From the sequence record SRR22947725_2265: a DNA stretch of 39,936 nucleotides. The stretch is one strand, 5' to 3'. Below the pieces are notes generated by a model, which made no database searches, had not been told where the DNA came from, and worked only from the letters and a program-made list of their open reading frames with translations. How positions within the stretch are numbered: position 1 is the first letter of the stretch; each line of letters starts with the position of its first letter. The translations under genes were made by a program, and so were the position numbers. Positions 8,997-19,283 of this stretch are shown here, one piece after another.

Positions 8997-9962
8997 CTAA
9001 GAACCTATACCCAAGATGAACTCAGATACTTCATTGGCGAACTCAATGGGTTTCTCCTCGTTCGGGAGGTGACCGGTCTGAGGGATAACTACCAGGTCGG
9101 CTCCCATTATTTGTGCGACTTGCCTAGAGTCTGCGGTTGCCACGATTTCATCGGTGTCACCTGTTATCACAAGGGTTGGGGTGGTGATTTTGGTGAGGCG
9201 CTCGCCAATTGTGCCATCACGAGGAGCCTTGATGAACTGCCAAAAGGCCTCCTCCCATCCCATCACCTCAAGCGGTTTGGTGTAGCCAGCGAGGGTCTCC
9301 TGGGTCACCAGGGCCTCATCGAAATAGCTGGCATAGACAATGTCGAGACCGCTCGTTGCAATGGTTGAGACCAGCAAAGGACCGAGGTGATCGAGCTGGG
9401 GTATATCAAAGATCCAGTTGAGCCAGCTTGGACCACCGCCCCCAGAGAGCACCGCCGGGGCAAACAGGACTAGACCTGTGAGCTTGTCTTGGTTTTCAGC
9501 GGCGTAGCTGGCAGCAATCGACCCGCCTGCAGAGTGGCCAACGACAAAAACCTCTTTGCCCTCACCGAAGCGATTGATCAACTCATCAAGAACCTGCAGT
9601 TGACCGGGTGTCCCATACGGGTTCATTTCCCACTCGGTTGGTCTTTCGGTGAAGCCGAAGGCTGCCCGATCATAGGCAATCACGTGGCCGACCCCGGCGA
9701 GAATCTCGAGGTTGTTTTTGTACGAGTAGGCGCTTGCGCCAAAGCCGTGGAGTAACACCACAAGCCTGTCGGAGTTTGGGTCGCCGGCTTCGACGTAGTG
9801 GACCTCGTGGCCGGCGAGCTCGACAAACTTTGACTGTTGTCCCCAGAGACTTTGTGCGGCCTCCTCCTTGGCATAGGTTCCCGATGTGTTTACCGGGATC
9901 AGAAAGGGAACGACAAGTATTGCCCCCAGGAGCACCAGCAGAAAAATTCGCAACTTCTTCAC
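8997..9962 (-). CDS. Membrane-anchored alpha/beta hydrolase
   Basis: N-terminal TM helix, LLHGFG oxyanion loop, GHSAGG nucleophile, GDTDEIV, TGHLPNEE. Confidence 0.9.
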   Translation of the reverse strand: MKKLRIFLLVLLGAILVVPFLIPVNTSGTYAKEEAAQSLWGQQSKFVELAGHEVHYVEAGDPNSDRLVVLLHGFGASAYSYKNNLEILAGVGHVIAYDRAAFGFTERPTEWEMNPYGTPGQLQVLDELINRFGEGKEVFVVGHSAGGSIAASYAAENQDKLTGLVLFAPAVLSGGGGPSWLNWIFDIPQLDHLGPLLVSTIATSGLDIVYASYFDEALVTQETLAGYTKPLEVMGWEEAFWQFIKAPRDGTIGERLTKITTPTLVITGDTDEIVATADSRQVAQIMGADLVVIPQTGHLPNEEKPIEFANEVSEFILGIGS

Positions 9963-10026
9963 GATGTCATCAACTTACAGCCTGAAACTTTGGTTCCATT
10001 AGGCTGGTCGAGTTCGAAGGAGATAG

Positions 10027-11070
10027 ATGTCAACCGCAAAAGCAATCCTCACCAAGGCACCAGGCGCAAAGTTTGAAAAGGGCGAGGTCCCAACTAGACC
10101 CCTAGGTCCAGAGATGGTGGCGATCGACATCAAATATTCGGGCATTTGCCACAGCGATATCCACCAGGCCAGAGACGAGTGGTTTGAGGGTACCTACCCA
10201 ATGGTTCCAGGCCACGAGATTGTCGGGCTTGTTACCGCAACAGGAGAAAACGTCACGAGGTTCAAGGTCGGTGACCGAGTTGGCGTTGGAACGTTCGTTG
10301 ATTCCTGCAGAACCTGTGAACCGTGCGCGAGCGGTAACGAGAACTTCTGCCGCACCGGCAACGTTCAGACCTATAACGGCCACCACTACGACGGAGACCC
10401 AAGCTACGGAGGCTACGCAAATGCCATAGTCGTAGACCAGAACTATGTGCTCAGGGTCCCTGAAAACATCGACTTTGCCGCCAGCGCTCCGCTTTTGTGT
10501 GCGGGTGTGACCGTCTACACCCCGCTCAAGCACTGGAAGGCCGGACCCGGCATGAAGGTCGGGGTCATGGGTCTAGGGGGACTCGGACACCTTGCCGTAA
10601 AGCTGGCGGTTGCCATGGGAGCAGAGGTTTACGTTTTGGGTAGGTCCGCCTCGAAGGCAGAGGACGCCAAGAGAATGGGAGCCCAGGACTACCTGATCAC
10701 CTCTGAGATCTACGAAACCCACAAGAATTTCTTCCACCTCCTGCTGAACACCACAAGCGCGGATCTTGACCTAGATCCCTTGCTTGGAACACTCAAGGTT
10801 GGCGGCACCCTCGTTTACCTCGGGCTTTCGGGCAACCCGCAAAGCTTCAATGCCGGCGGTTTAGTCACGAGCCTGCGCTCAATTGCAGGAATCAACACGG
10901 GTAACATTTCCGACACCCAAGAGATGCTCGATCTTTGTGGTGAGAAGGACATTGTCAGCGATATTGAGCTACTCGACGCTACTGACGCAGCAGCCGTTGA
11001 TGAGGCCTATGAACGAGTTGTGAATGCTGATGTTCGGTATCGATTTGTCATTGACGCAGCAACAATCTAG
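10027..11070 (+). CDS. Zn-dependent NAD(P) alcohol dehydrogenase (cinnamyl-ADH-like)
   Basis: GICHSD, GHEIVG, structural Zn CRTCEPC..NFC, LLCAG, GLGGLG, RYRFVID; AAGGAG SD. Confidence 0.93.
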   Translation: MSTAKAILTKAPGAKFEKGEVPTRPLGPEMVAIDIKYSGICHSDIHQARDEWFEGTYPMVPGHEIVGLVTATGENVTRFKVGDRVGVGTFVDSCRTCEPCASGNENFCRTGNVQTYNGHHYDGDPSYGGYANAIVVDQNYVLRVPENIDFAASAPLLCAGVTVYTPLKHWKAGPGMKVGVMGLGGLGHLAVKLAVAMGAEVYVLGRSASKAEDAKRMGAQDYLITSEIYETHKNFFHLLLNTTSADLDLDPLLGTLKVGGTLVYLGLSGNPQSFNAGGLVTSLRSIAGINTGNISDTQEMLDLCGEKDIVSDIELLDATDAAAVDEAYERVVNADVRYRFVIDAATI

Positions 11071-12257
11071 TCAGCGATTATCTGAGCCGCCTCTTTCCTG
11101 AGGCCTAGATGTACAGTCAGCGAGGCGCTGAGCAGGAAAATTGCCATCAGGCTGAGCACACCGGTTAGCGATGCGCCAAATAGAAGACCAGAGATTGGCG
11201 CCGAGATAGCTGCGAAACCAAATGCAAAGAATCCAAACATTCCAGCGGCAAGCCCAGCTCGCTCCTTGTGGCCCCTGAGGGCAAGGCTTGTGGCGTTCGC
11301 GCCTGTGAATCCCATGGTCGATACGGACAGTGCAAACGCCGCGAGGACGATATAGAAAGGTGGCTCTGACTGGAATGCAAGAGCCCCCAGCAGCAGAGCG
11401 GCAAAGGCTGCTTGACTCATTCCGTAACGCAACATCGTCAACGGTGCTCTCGTTTTCAAGAAGTGTCTGTTTATGAAGTTTGCGGAAAGCAGCAGCAAGT
11501 TCGAGAAGGCAAACATGTAGGTGTATTCCGTCTCGCTTAGTCCGAACTCGCGCTGGATGGCAAACGGTGACCCAGATATGTAAGTCGCCGCGGCAGCAAA
11601 CACCAAGCCCCACGTGACTCCCATTATGACAAAGTTACGATCGGAGAACACCTCACCAACATTCTCAAAAATGTATGAAAGCTGGAGTCGCCCCCTCCTC
11701 TCCTTTGGCAGTGACTCGGGAAGCTTTATTGCAATGCTGGTTAGGCTCACCGTCCCAAGCAGGGCGAGAAAAATAAATACGATCTTCCAGTCACCAAAGC
11801 GAAGGAGCTGGCCCCCCACAAGCGGGGCTAAGAGAGGCCCCACCCCATTGATAGTCAGTAACGTCGCAAACCTCCGTGGAGCTTCTGCGTTGGTTGAAAC
11901 ATCGCGGATGTAAGCATTGACAATCACAAATCCACTGGAGGCGCTGAACCCCAAAATAAATCTAAGAAGGGTCATTCCCTCGATGGAGGGCGCAAAGAGG
12001 CAGGCGGTCGCCGAAGTGACATAGAGAATCAACATGGCTATCAGCGGGCGACGCCTGCCCAAAGCATCGCTGACTGAGCCAATGACAAGTTGGGCAATAG
12101 CCATTCCAATGAGCGTCGCGGTAAGAGTTAGTTGCACCTCAGATTCAGAAGCGCTGAAGTATTCGGCTAACTGAGGAAAAGCTGGGACGTAAACATCGAA
12201 CTGAAATGGAACCAAGATCGTGACCAGCACAAGCAGGCCGTAGACAAGTTTGTTCAA
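11067..12257 (-). CDS. Bcr/CflA-family multidrug efflux MFS transporter
   Basis: DVYVPAFP, QLTLT, GSVSDALGRRRP, APLVGG; start moved to TTG 12257 after AAGGA. Confidence 0.87.
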   Translation of the reverse strand: MNKLVYGLLVLVTILVPFQFDVYVPAFPQLAEYFSASESEVQLTLTATLIGMAIAQLVIGSVSDALGRRRPLIAMLILYVTSATACLFAPSIEGMTLLRFILGFSASSGFVIVNAYIRDVSTNAEAPRRFATLLTINGVGPLLAPLVGGQLLRFGDWKIVFIFLALLGTVSLTSIAIKLPESLPKERRGRLQLSYIFENVGEVFSDRNFVIMGVTWGLVFAAAATYISGSPFAIQREFGLSETEYTYMFAFSNLLLLSANFINRHFLKTRAPLTMLRYGMSQAAFAALLLGALAFQSEPPFYIVLAAFALSVSTMGFTGANATSLALRGHKERAGLAAGMFGFFAFGFAAISAPISGLLFGASLTGVLSLMAIFLLSASLTVHLGLRKEAAQIIAD

Positions 12258-12326
12258 TAGGTTCCTTTTGAATCGTTTCAAGACTTTACCAGTATGGTTT
12301 AAGTCTTTTCGGGTGAAGGAGATGTA

Positions 12327-13286
12327 ATGCGTAAACACAAGCTGGGCTATCGAGAGGTTTCTGCTATTGGAATCGGCTGCATGAACGTTTCGTGGATTTG
12401 GTCAAAAGGCGCAGCCCTTGATCCAGTTCGAAGGTTTGAAGAGGCGATCCCTGCAATCCACGCTGGCCTAGATGCCGGCATCACGTTCTTGGATACCGCA
12501 GACATCTACGCGCCTACCTGGGACGCCATGGGCCACAACGAAGAGTTTGTGGCCGAGGCGCTTAGAACCTGGAGTGGCTCTAAGGAGCAGAAAGACAGGG
12601 TCGTCATCGCCACTAAGGGCGGTATCACCCGAAGCGAAGGTGAGGTCTGGGGGCGGAACGGCAGCCTAGATTACCTACTAGCAGCCACTGAGAGGTCAAT
12701 GAAGGCGCTTGGTGTGGACAAGATCGACCTTTGGCAGCACCACAGGCTAGATCCCAGCATCGACTTCGAGACTCAGTTCGAAAACGTCCTTGAGCTAAAG
12801 ATTCGGGGACTTGTCGACCAGATTGGTGTCTCCAACTACGACGCTAATCAGCTGAAGATTGCCCTAGACATCGCAGGGACTCCCGCCGAAGGAGGCGTGG
12901 TGTCCATTCAGAACGAGTTCTCTCCTCGCTACCGCTACGACCTAGATGTTCTTGAGGTCTGTGAAGAGCACGAAATTACCTTCCTGCCATGGTCTCCGCT
13001 CGGGGGAGTCAGAACCAAGAGCGAGATCCAGTCGGCTTCCGCATTCGAGGAGGTATCAGAGAAGTTGGGAGTGAGCCCATTCGCACTTGCTCTTGCCTGG
13101 GAGATTCGCTATTCGGAGGCAGTATTGCCAATACCGGGAGCCACCAGGGCTGAGAGCGTGCTGGATTGTGTTACAGCTCTGGAAATCAAGCTCAGCGATG
13201 AGGACTTCCACTACCTCAGCAGCCACCTTCCAGAGCAGGCCGAGTATTCGTCAGAACTTATGCCTAAGCCCGAGTACCGCTCCTAG
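12327..13286 (+). CDS. Aldo/keto reductase
   Basis: [42 protein letters not shown]. Confidence 0.93.
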   Translation: MRKHKLGYREVSAIGIGCMNVSWIWSKGAALDPVRRFEEAIPAIHAGLDAGITFLDTADIYAPTWDAMGHNEEFVAEALRTWSGSKEQKDRVVIATKGGITRSEGEVWGRNGSLDYLLAATERSMKALGVDKIDLWQHHRLDPSIDFETQFENVLELKIRGLVDQIGVSNYDANQLKIALDIAGTPAEGGVVSIQNEFSPRYRYDLDVLEVCEEHEITFLPWSPLGGVRTKSEIQSASAFEEVSEKLGVSPFALALAWEIRYSEAVLPIPGATRAESVLDCVTALEIKLSDEDFHYLSSHLPEQAEYSSELMPKPEYRS

Positions 13287-14191
13287 CCCACCTCTTGCAG
13301 GCGCTTGCCTCTGGTGTGGCGGGGCTTGCAGCTGAGGTTTGCGGGGTCCGCATGGCAGGTGTCGCAAATCAGCACTAGATCTCGGCACGCCAGGTTAGAG
13401 CAGTTTCTAAAGGTTGAGGTTGGGCCTTGGCAGCTTTCGCACTCGCCAATGGTTTTGGCGTCCGGTGAGAAGTCGATGTTCATGCGGTTATCGAAGACAT
13501 AGAGAGACCCCTCCCAAAGGCCTTTGTCTCTGTAGCGCTCGCCATAGCGAACGATGCCGCCCTCAATTTGGTAGACCTCACTGAAACCCCGGTTGATCAT
13601 CACGGCACTGAGAATCTCGCAGCGAATGCCTCCGGTACAGTACGTGACGATTGGCTTGTCCTTCAGGTGGTCATACTTGCCACTCTCAAGCTCAGCAATG
13701 AAGTCGTGAGTGGTCTGAACGTCTGGAACGACGGCGTTTCTAAACTTCCCAATCTTTGCCTCAAATGCATTGCGGCCGTCAAAGAAGACCACGTCGTCCC
13801 CACGTTCGTCGACGAGTTGGTTCACCTGAGCCGGTTTTAGGTGCTTGCCACCGTTTTGAATGCCGGATTTTTCAACGACAATCTCGTCCGGGGTAGTGAA
13901 CGCAACTAGCTCCTTGCGCACCTTGACACTGAGCTTGGGGAAGTCGTTGCCGGTCCCATCCGACCACTTAAAGTCAGTCTTTCCGAATCCCGGATACTCG
14001 CGAGTGGCCTTCACATACTTCTTCAGGTCATCCATGTCACCGCCAAGGGTTCCGTTGATTCCATGCTCTGAGATCAGAATTCGACCCTTGAGGCCAAGAG
14101 ACTGGCAGAGCGTGCGCTGCCAGAGCATCACGGCCTTGGGGTCGCTCACGGGCGCAAAGGCGTAGTAGAGGATGATTTTGTTTACTGCCAC
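13283..14191 (-). CDS. trhO: Rhodanese-domain tRNA U34 hydroxylase TrhO (YceA family)
   Basis: [36 protein letters not shown]-terminal Cys cluster. Confidence 0.88.
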   Translation of the reverse strand: MAVNKIILYYAFAPVSDPKAVMLWQRTLCQSLGLKGRILISEHGINGTLGGDMDDLKKYVKATREYPGFGKTDFKWSDGTGNDFPKLSVKVRKELVAFTTPDEIVVEKSGIQNGGKHLKPAQVNQLVDERGDDVVFFDGRNAFEAKIGKFRNAVVPDVQTTHDFIAELESGKYDHLKDKPIVTYCTGGIRCEILSAVMINRGFSEVYQIEGGIVRYGERYRDKGLWEGSLYVFDNRMNIDFSPDAKTIGECESCQGPTSTFRNCSNLACRDLVLICDTCHADPANLSCKPRHTRGKRLQEVG

Positions 14192-14233
14192 AACCCCAGT
14201 TTAGCTTTCAGAAGTTTGCTTAGACTAGGGGCT

Positions 14234-16192
14234 ATGCCAATGAAGCCAGGGCTCGAGAAAGCCGCATTCAAAGAATCAGTTAGACCTCAAGACGACCTAT
14301 TTCGCCATGTAAATGGCAAATGGTTGGACGAGACAGAGATCCCGGAAGACAAAGCCATCCACGGCAGCTTCCACATGCTCGCAGACGACTCGGAACTAGC
14401 CGTCAAGGAGATCCTCGAGGAAGCGAGTAAGAATCCAAGTCCAGGAGTAAGCCAGCAGATCGGCGACCTCTACGCCTGCTTCATGGACGAGGACCATATT
14501 GAGTCTCTTGGCGCCAAACCACTTGAACCCGAGCTCGCGAGAGTTGATGCGGTTGAAACCATCGCCGAGCTGTTCCGTCTCATTGGAGAGCTTGAGAGCG
14601 AGGGAGTCGGTGGCTTCTGGGGCTCATACGTAGACAATGACCCTGGCAACCCGGAGCGCTACCTGCTGCACTTCTATCAGGGTGGTCTTGGGCTACCAGA
14701 TCGCGACTACTACTTTGACGAGAAGTACGAGGACATTCGTAAGGACTACCTCCCGCATCTGGAGAAGATGCTCTCGCTCGCTAACGTGCCCGATGCTGCA
14801 GCTAGAGCAAAGAGCATTTATGAGCTGGAGACAAAGATTGCCCAGCTGCACTGGAACCGTGTTGACTCTCGCGACGCAGAGAAGACCTACAACCTGCACT
14901 CTCTTCAGGATTTGAAGGATCTGGCATCAGGTATTCCATGGGATGAATACATCTCAGCCCTTGGAAAGGGCGAATCATTACTCGAATGGAATGTAGTGAT
15001 GATGCCCTCCTTCTTCGAAGGTTTTGCAAAGCTCGCCTCGGAGGAAAACCTTGAGGCCATGAAGGATGCGCTGCGGATGGACCTCATTCGCGGCTATGCG
15101 CCCTACCTATCTAAAGACCTGGTCGCTGAGCGTTTCGAGTTCTATGGCAAGAAGCTGACCGGTGCTCCGATGAACCGTCCGCGCTGGAAGCGAGCGGTTT
15201 CGCTGGTCGAGGGCAGCCTCGGAGAGGCAATCGGCCAGATCTATGTCGAGAAGCATTTCCCCCCTGAGGCGAAGCAGCAAATGGATGCGCTCGTTGACTA
15301 CTTGATTCAGGCCTATGAGCAGAGCATCAAGTCCTTGGACTGGATGACTGACGAGACCAAACAAAAGGCCCTTACCAAGCTCTCTAAGTTCACGCCAAAG
15401 ATCGGTTACCCGGTTAGGTGGAAGGACTACAGCTCCATCAAGATCTCGAGGGACCACCTGATTGAAAACGTTAAGGCAGTCTCTCGGTGGGAGTTTGACT
15501 ATCACGCTGGCAAGATCGGCTCGCCAATTGATCGTGACGAGTGGCACATGACGCCTCAAACGGTCAACGCCTATTACAACCCAGGCCTCAATGAGATTGT
15601 CTTCCCGGCTGCAATTCTGCAGCCGCCTTTCTTCTCACCAGAGGCTGACCCTGCTGAAAACTTCGGAGGCATTGGGGCGGTCATTGGCCACGAGATCGGC
15701 CATGGATTCGATGACCAGGGTTCGAAGTATGACGGCGACGGACGCCTGGTGTCTTGGTGGACTGAGGACGACCGCAAGGCATTTGAGGCTAGGACCAAGT
15801 CCCTCATTGATCAATTCTCCGCGCTAACCCCGGCGCAGCTCGATGAGAAGTACAAGGTGAACGGGGAACTCACAATCGGTGAGAACATTGGCGATCTTGG
15901 TGGCCTTGGCATCGCCTGGAAGGCCTATCTAATCTCACTTGCTGGCCAGGAGCCTCCGGTCATTGATGGGCTAACTGCGGCTCAGAGGTTCCTGATGAGC
16001 TGGGCGCAGTGCTGGCGCAACAAGGGTCGTGACGAGATCACAATTCAGCGTCTTGCAGTTGACCCGCACTCTCCGCCAGAGTTCAGGGCTAACCAGGTAG
16101 TCAAGAATCTTGATATCTACCACGAGGCTTTTGAGGTTTCCGAGGAAGATCAGATGTGGCTTGCCAAGGATGACCGAGTGGTTATCTGGTGA
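14234..16192 (+). CDS. M13 family zinc metallopeptidase (PepO/Zmp1-like)
   Basis: RPQDDLF, VNAYYNP, HEIGHGFD, GENIGD, DPHSP; start at ATG 14234 (TAGACT 7 nt upstream). Confidence 0.94.
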   Translation: MPMKPGLEKAAFKESVRPQDDLFRHVNGKWLDETEIPEDKAIHGSFHMLADDSELAVKEILEEASKNPSPGVSQQIGDLYACFMDEDHIESLGAKPLEPELARVDAVETIAELFRLIGELESEGVGGFWGSYVDNDPGNPERYLLHFYQGGLGLPDRDYYFDEKYEDIRKDYLPHLEKMLSLANVPDAAARAKSIYELETKIAQLHWNRVDSRDAEKTYNLHSLQDLKDLASGIPWDEYISALGKGESLLEWNVVMMPSFFEGFAKLASEENLEAMKDALRMDLIRGYAPYLSKDLVAERFEFYGKKLTGAPMNRPRWKRAVSLVEGSLGEAIGQIYVEKHFPPEAKQQMDALVDYLIQAYEQSIKSLDWMTDETKQKALTKLSKFTPKIGYPVRWKDYSSIKISRDHLIENVKAVSRWEFDYHAGKIGSPIDRDEWHMTPQTVNAYYNPGLNEIVFPAAILQPPFFSPEADPAENFGGIGAVIGHEIGHGFDDQGSKYDGDGRLVSWWTEDDRKAFEARTKSLIDQFSALTPAQLDEKYKVNGELTIGENIGDLGGLGIAWKAYLISLAGQEPPVIDGLTAAQRFLMSWAQCWRNKGRDEITIQRLAVDPHSPPEFRANQVVKNLDIYHEAFEVSEEDQMWLAKDDRVVIW

Positions 16193-16740
16193 AGCTTTGG
16201 TTCCGAATTCTCTACGTTTGGCTCACCTGGCGCAGCAGGCCAAAGCTAACCATTGATGAAGTCTCACGGGTAACCCTCCGGGTTTGGCCTACCGACCTAG
16301 ATGTTTACAACCACATGAACAATGGCGTCTTCCTGACACTCATGGACCTTGGGCGTTATGACCAGGGTCTAAGAACTGGAATTTGGCAGGAGTGGAACAG
16401 GCGGGGATGGTTCCCGATCGTGGTGAGTTCGACCATTAGCTATCGCAAGGCGCTACTTCCTTGGCAGAAGTTCACCATCGAGACCAAGGTTCTTGGCTGG
16501 GATGAAATCGCGTACTACATCGAGCAGCGGTTTGTCCGAGACGGTGAAATATATGCCCGGGCGATTATGCGCGGAAGATTCCTAAAGCGCTCTTGGGGAA
16601 CCCTCACGCCACAAGAGGTCATGGAAGGCTCTGGCGGCTGGCCAGGCAAACCGCCTGTGGTGCCTAAGTGGGTAAAGGACTGGGCAGCTTCGGTTCAGCT
16701 GCCCAAGGGCAAGGAACCGGCTCCGAGTACCTGGGACTAG
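16189..16740 (+). CDS. Hotdog-fold acyl-CoA thioesterase (4HBT-like)
   Basis: RVWPTDLDVYNHMNNGVFLTLMDLGR; GTGA overlap with the peptidase stop. Confidence 0.88.
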   Translation: MKLWFRILYVWLTWRSRPKLTIDEVSRVTLRVWPTDLDVYNHMNNGVFLTLMDLGRYDQGLRTGIWQEWNRRGWFPIVVSSTISYRKALLPWQKFTIETKVLGWDEIAYYIEQRFVRDGEIYARAIMRGRFLKRSWGTLTPQEVMEGSGGWPGKPPVVPKWVKDWAASVQLPKGKEPAPSTWD

Positions 16741-17066
16741 TCCTTTTTATACCAGCGGCATGCCGCAATTGCTTCCTCGATTGGGTTTAGCAGCAAGTCC
16801 TGGGTGTCCGGGTGCTTCTCCATATACCGAACGGTGTAGGAGCAGACGGGGACCACCTTCTGAGTCCCCTTGGTGCGAATGTCAGCAAGAGACTCCCTGA
16901 GCAAAATCGCGGCGAGGTTCTTACCCTGGTGAGCGGGGTCGACTTCGGTGTGGACCAGGTGAATCTCTCCGGGAGCAAGGCTGTAGTCCATCAGACCAAC
17001 GCGATCCTCGCCTAGAAAGATCTCGTAGCGCTTATTTTCTTCCGCGTGAACGACTTTTGGCTCCAT
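16737..17066 (-). CDS. Small GNAT N-acetyltransferase (YjdJ-like)
   Basis: HTEVDPAHQGKNLA and VVPVCSY motifs; ATG 17066 with AGAGGT SD. Confidence 0.87.
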   Translation of the reverse strand: MEPKVVHAEENKRYEIFLGEDRVGLMDYSLAPGEIHLVHTEVDPAHQGKNLAAILLRESLADIRTKGTQKVVPVCSYTVRYMEKHPDTQDLLLNPIEEAIAACRWYKKD

Positions 17067-17083
17067 GCTGTTAACCTCTTTGC

Positions 17084-17923
17084 GTGAGTGGTAATCAGGT
17101 CTATCTATCAGACAACCTACCTGTTCTGCGCAGCCTTCCCAATGCCTCCATCCAGCTGATCTACATCGACCCGCCATTCAATACTGGACGCGAGCAAGAG
17201 CGAACTACTCGAACCTCAAGGCAGTCTGAAAGTGGCTCGGTGGGTTTTGCCGGAAAGAGATATGAGCAAATAGCGCAGAGTGCCCTGAGCTATGACGACA
17301 GCTTCGCTGACTACTGGGAGTTTCTTGAACCAAGGCTATTGGAGGCAAAGCGGCTGTTGACCCAAAGCGGAACGCTCTATCTGCACCTTGACTACCGCGA
17401 GGCTCACTACGCGAAGGTGTTACTGGACGGGCTGTTTGGCAGGGAGTGTTTTCTCAACGAGATCATCTGGGCCTATGACTACGGGGGTAAATCCAAGTCT
17501 CGCTGGCCATCAAAGCACGACACCATCTTGGTTTATGTCAAAGACCCAAAGAACTACTACTTCGACTCTAAGACGGTGGACCGGGAGCCGTATATGGCAC
17601 CTGGGCTTGTGACCAAGGAAAAAGCCCAGCTCGGCAAGCTACCTACCGATGTTTGGTGGCACACAATCGTCTCCCCAACCGGCAAGGAGAAGACCGGCTA
17701 CCCAACCCAAAAACCCGAGGGGATTCTTCGCAGGATTATTCAGGCGAGCTCTAGGGAGTCCGACCGAGTCTTAGATTTCTTTGCCGGCAGCGGCACCACA
17801 GGTGCCGTCGCGGGAGAGTTGGGACGAAGATTCACCCTAATCGATAGCTCAAAGGACGCCATAAACACGATCACAAAAAGACTTAGTGCTCGCGGTCTGG
17901 AGTTTGAGATTCTCGAGAAATAA
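17084..17923 (+). CDS. Site-specific DNA methyltransferase, beta class (N6A/N4C), orphan
   Basis: LIYIDPPFNTG (motif IV) precedes YPTQKP and VLDFFAGSGTT (motif I). Confidence 0.92.
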   Translation: MSGNQVYLSDNLPVLRSLPNASIQLIYIDPPFNTGREQERTTRTSRQSESGSVGFAGKRYEQIAQSALSYDDSFADYWEFLEPRLLEAKRLLTQSGTLYLHLDYREAHYAKVLLDGLFGRECFLNEIIWAYDYGGKSKSRWPSKHDTILVYVKDPKNYYFDSKTVDREPYMAPGLVTKEKAQLGKLPTDVWWHTIVSPTGKEKTGYPTQKPEGILRRIIQASSRESDRVLDFFAGSGTTGAVAGELGRRFTLIDSSKDAINTITKRLSARGLEFEILEK

Positions 17924-19283
17924 GCAGCACGACTACTAGCGCCAATAAGACAAAGAGCATTGCCGCAGTCATCGCCATCCCTAAATTTTCCTCCCCAGGT
18001 CTTGAGGCCAACCTAAAGATAACCAGCGGCAAGGTGGCGCCGGACCCGGTTGCCAAGAAACTTGCCGCACCGAATTCACCAAGCGATGCCAGCGAAACAA
18101 ATGCAGCTGCAGCTGCAAGGGGTCTTGCCAAAATAGGGCCCTCGATGCTGCCAAACACCCTCAACTTCGTTGCACCATCCATTTGGGCAGCCTCTAGGAT
18201 TTCGCGGCTCATACCTAGCCGGGCTGGCCTAATGATTTGGTAGGCGAGCGGGAACAAGAAGATCGACTGCACCAGTGGAACAAGCCACCAGCCACTTAGC
18301 TCCCTGGGTAGGTACCCGCTGAAGATCAGAAACCCCAGTCCCAGCACCACCGGAGATATCCCAATCGGTAGAACGTAGAGCAGTGATGACCTTTGTCTCC
18401 CGGCAGCAATCCAAGCAAGAGGCAAGACAATGAGACTTGCGAAAACCATGTTTCTCAGTGAGTTCGCACCCGCCTCCAAAACTGTCAGGTTGAGTATCTC
18501 TCGTGCACCCTTGGTTCCAAGGCTTGCAAGGTTCTCAAACAGTCCGCCGTTTAGGCTCAGCGCCCGACCGGCGATGTTCCAGATAATCAAGCCAATCGCC
18601 AAGACAAACAGCAAAGCCAGCACAGCTCCCAATCTGCTGGGGAGGCTGGAGGGCACCTCACCAAATACAGGGGTTGGCTTAGCACCCGCTCGTTGGGCGA
18701 AGACAAACAAAGTCAGCGTGAGCAGGGTCTGCAGCAAAGCGAGAACGAAGGAGCGGCTTAGGTCTAGGTCCATAAGCGAAGAGATTGCTATCTCGGTCTC
18801 GAGGGTGGCGACGACGCCCTGGCCAAGAGAGATGACAAGGCCATAACTCGTTGCGCTATAGAGGGCGATCAATAAACCAGCAGCAGCTAGAGCCGCTCTT
18901 TGCTGAGGTAGCGAGACACGAAGCCGTACTAGGAAGTTGCTCGCACCATCTAACCGGGCGGCTTCAAGCTGCTCCAGCGGCAACTGAGATGAGGCCACGA
19001 TGCGCGCAACGAAGCCAACATTCATGACCACGTGAGCGCAAATTATAAGAAGTATTCCTAAATTGGAATCTAAGTCGTCACCTCGAAGTGGCAGAAGGGT
19101 TATCCCAATAAGAAATGGAGGCAATAGAAAGGGGAGGACCAAGAGGGCTCCTATGAACCCTCTTGATTTAGCTCCCAGCGACGCTAAGAAATTGCCAACT
19201 GGATAGCCAAGAATCAAAGAGATTGCTGAGCTCACAACCGCAATGAATGCGGTTGTGGCCAGCAGCTCAAAGCTAGTTGTCAA
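17883..19283 (-). CDS. thiP: Thiamine ABC transporter permease (ThiP-like, two fused domains)
   Basis: Two EAA loops (LEAARLDGAS, LEAAQMDGAT), SLGEFGA; directly downstream of thiB under a TPP riboswitch. Confidence 0.82.
   Translation of the reverse strand: MTTSFELLATTAFIAVVSSAISLILGYPVGNFLASLGAKSRGFIGALLVLPFLLPPFLIGITLLPLRGDDLDSNLGILLIICAHVVMNVGFVARIVASSQLPLEQLEAARLDGASNFLVRLRVSLPQQRAALAAAGLLIALYSATSYGLVISLGQGVVATLETEIAISSLMDLDLSRSFVLALLQTLLTLTLFVFAQRAGAKPTPVFGEVPSSLPSRLGAVLALLFVLAIGLIIWNIAGRALSLNGGLFENLASLGTKGAREILNLTVLEAGANSLRNMVFASLIVLPLAWIAAGRQRSSLLYVLPIGISPVVLGLGFLIFSGYLPRELSGWWLVPLVQSIFLFPLAYQIIRPARLGMSREILEAAQMDGATKLRVFGSIEGPILARPLAAAAAFVSLASLGEFGAASFLATGSGATLPLVIFRLASRPGEENLGMAMTAAMLFVLLALVVVLLISRESQTPDREH

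Noticed and set aside
11067-12257. Bcr/CflA gene as a recent horizontal acquisition
   Set aside because: GC looks only slightly lower by eye and there are no mobility signatures; unsupported without computation.
17084-17923. Methyltransferase as part of a restriction-modification or defence island, or as the cause of the CTAG pattern
   Set aside because: Flanks are housekeeping genes with no nuclease or helicase, and specificity cannot be read from the sequence.
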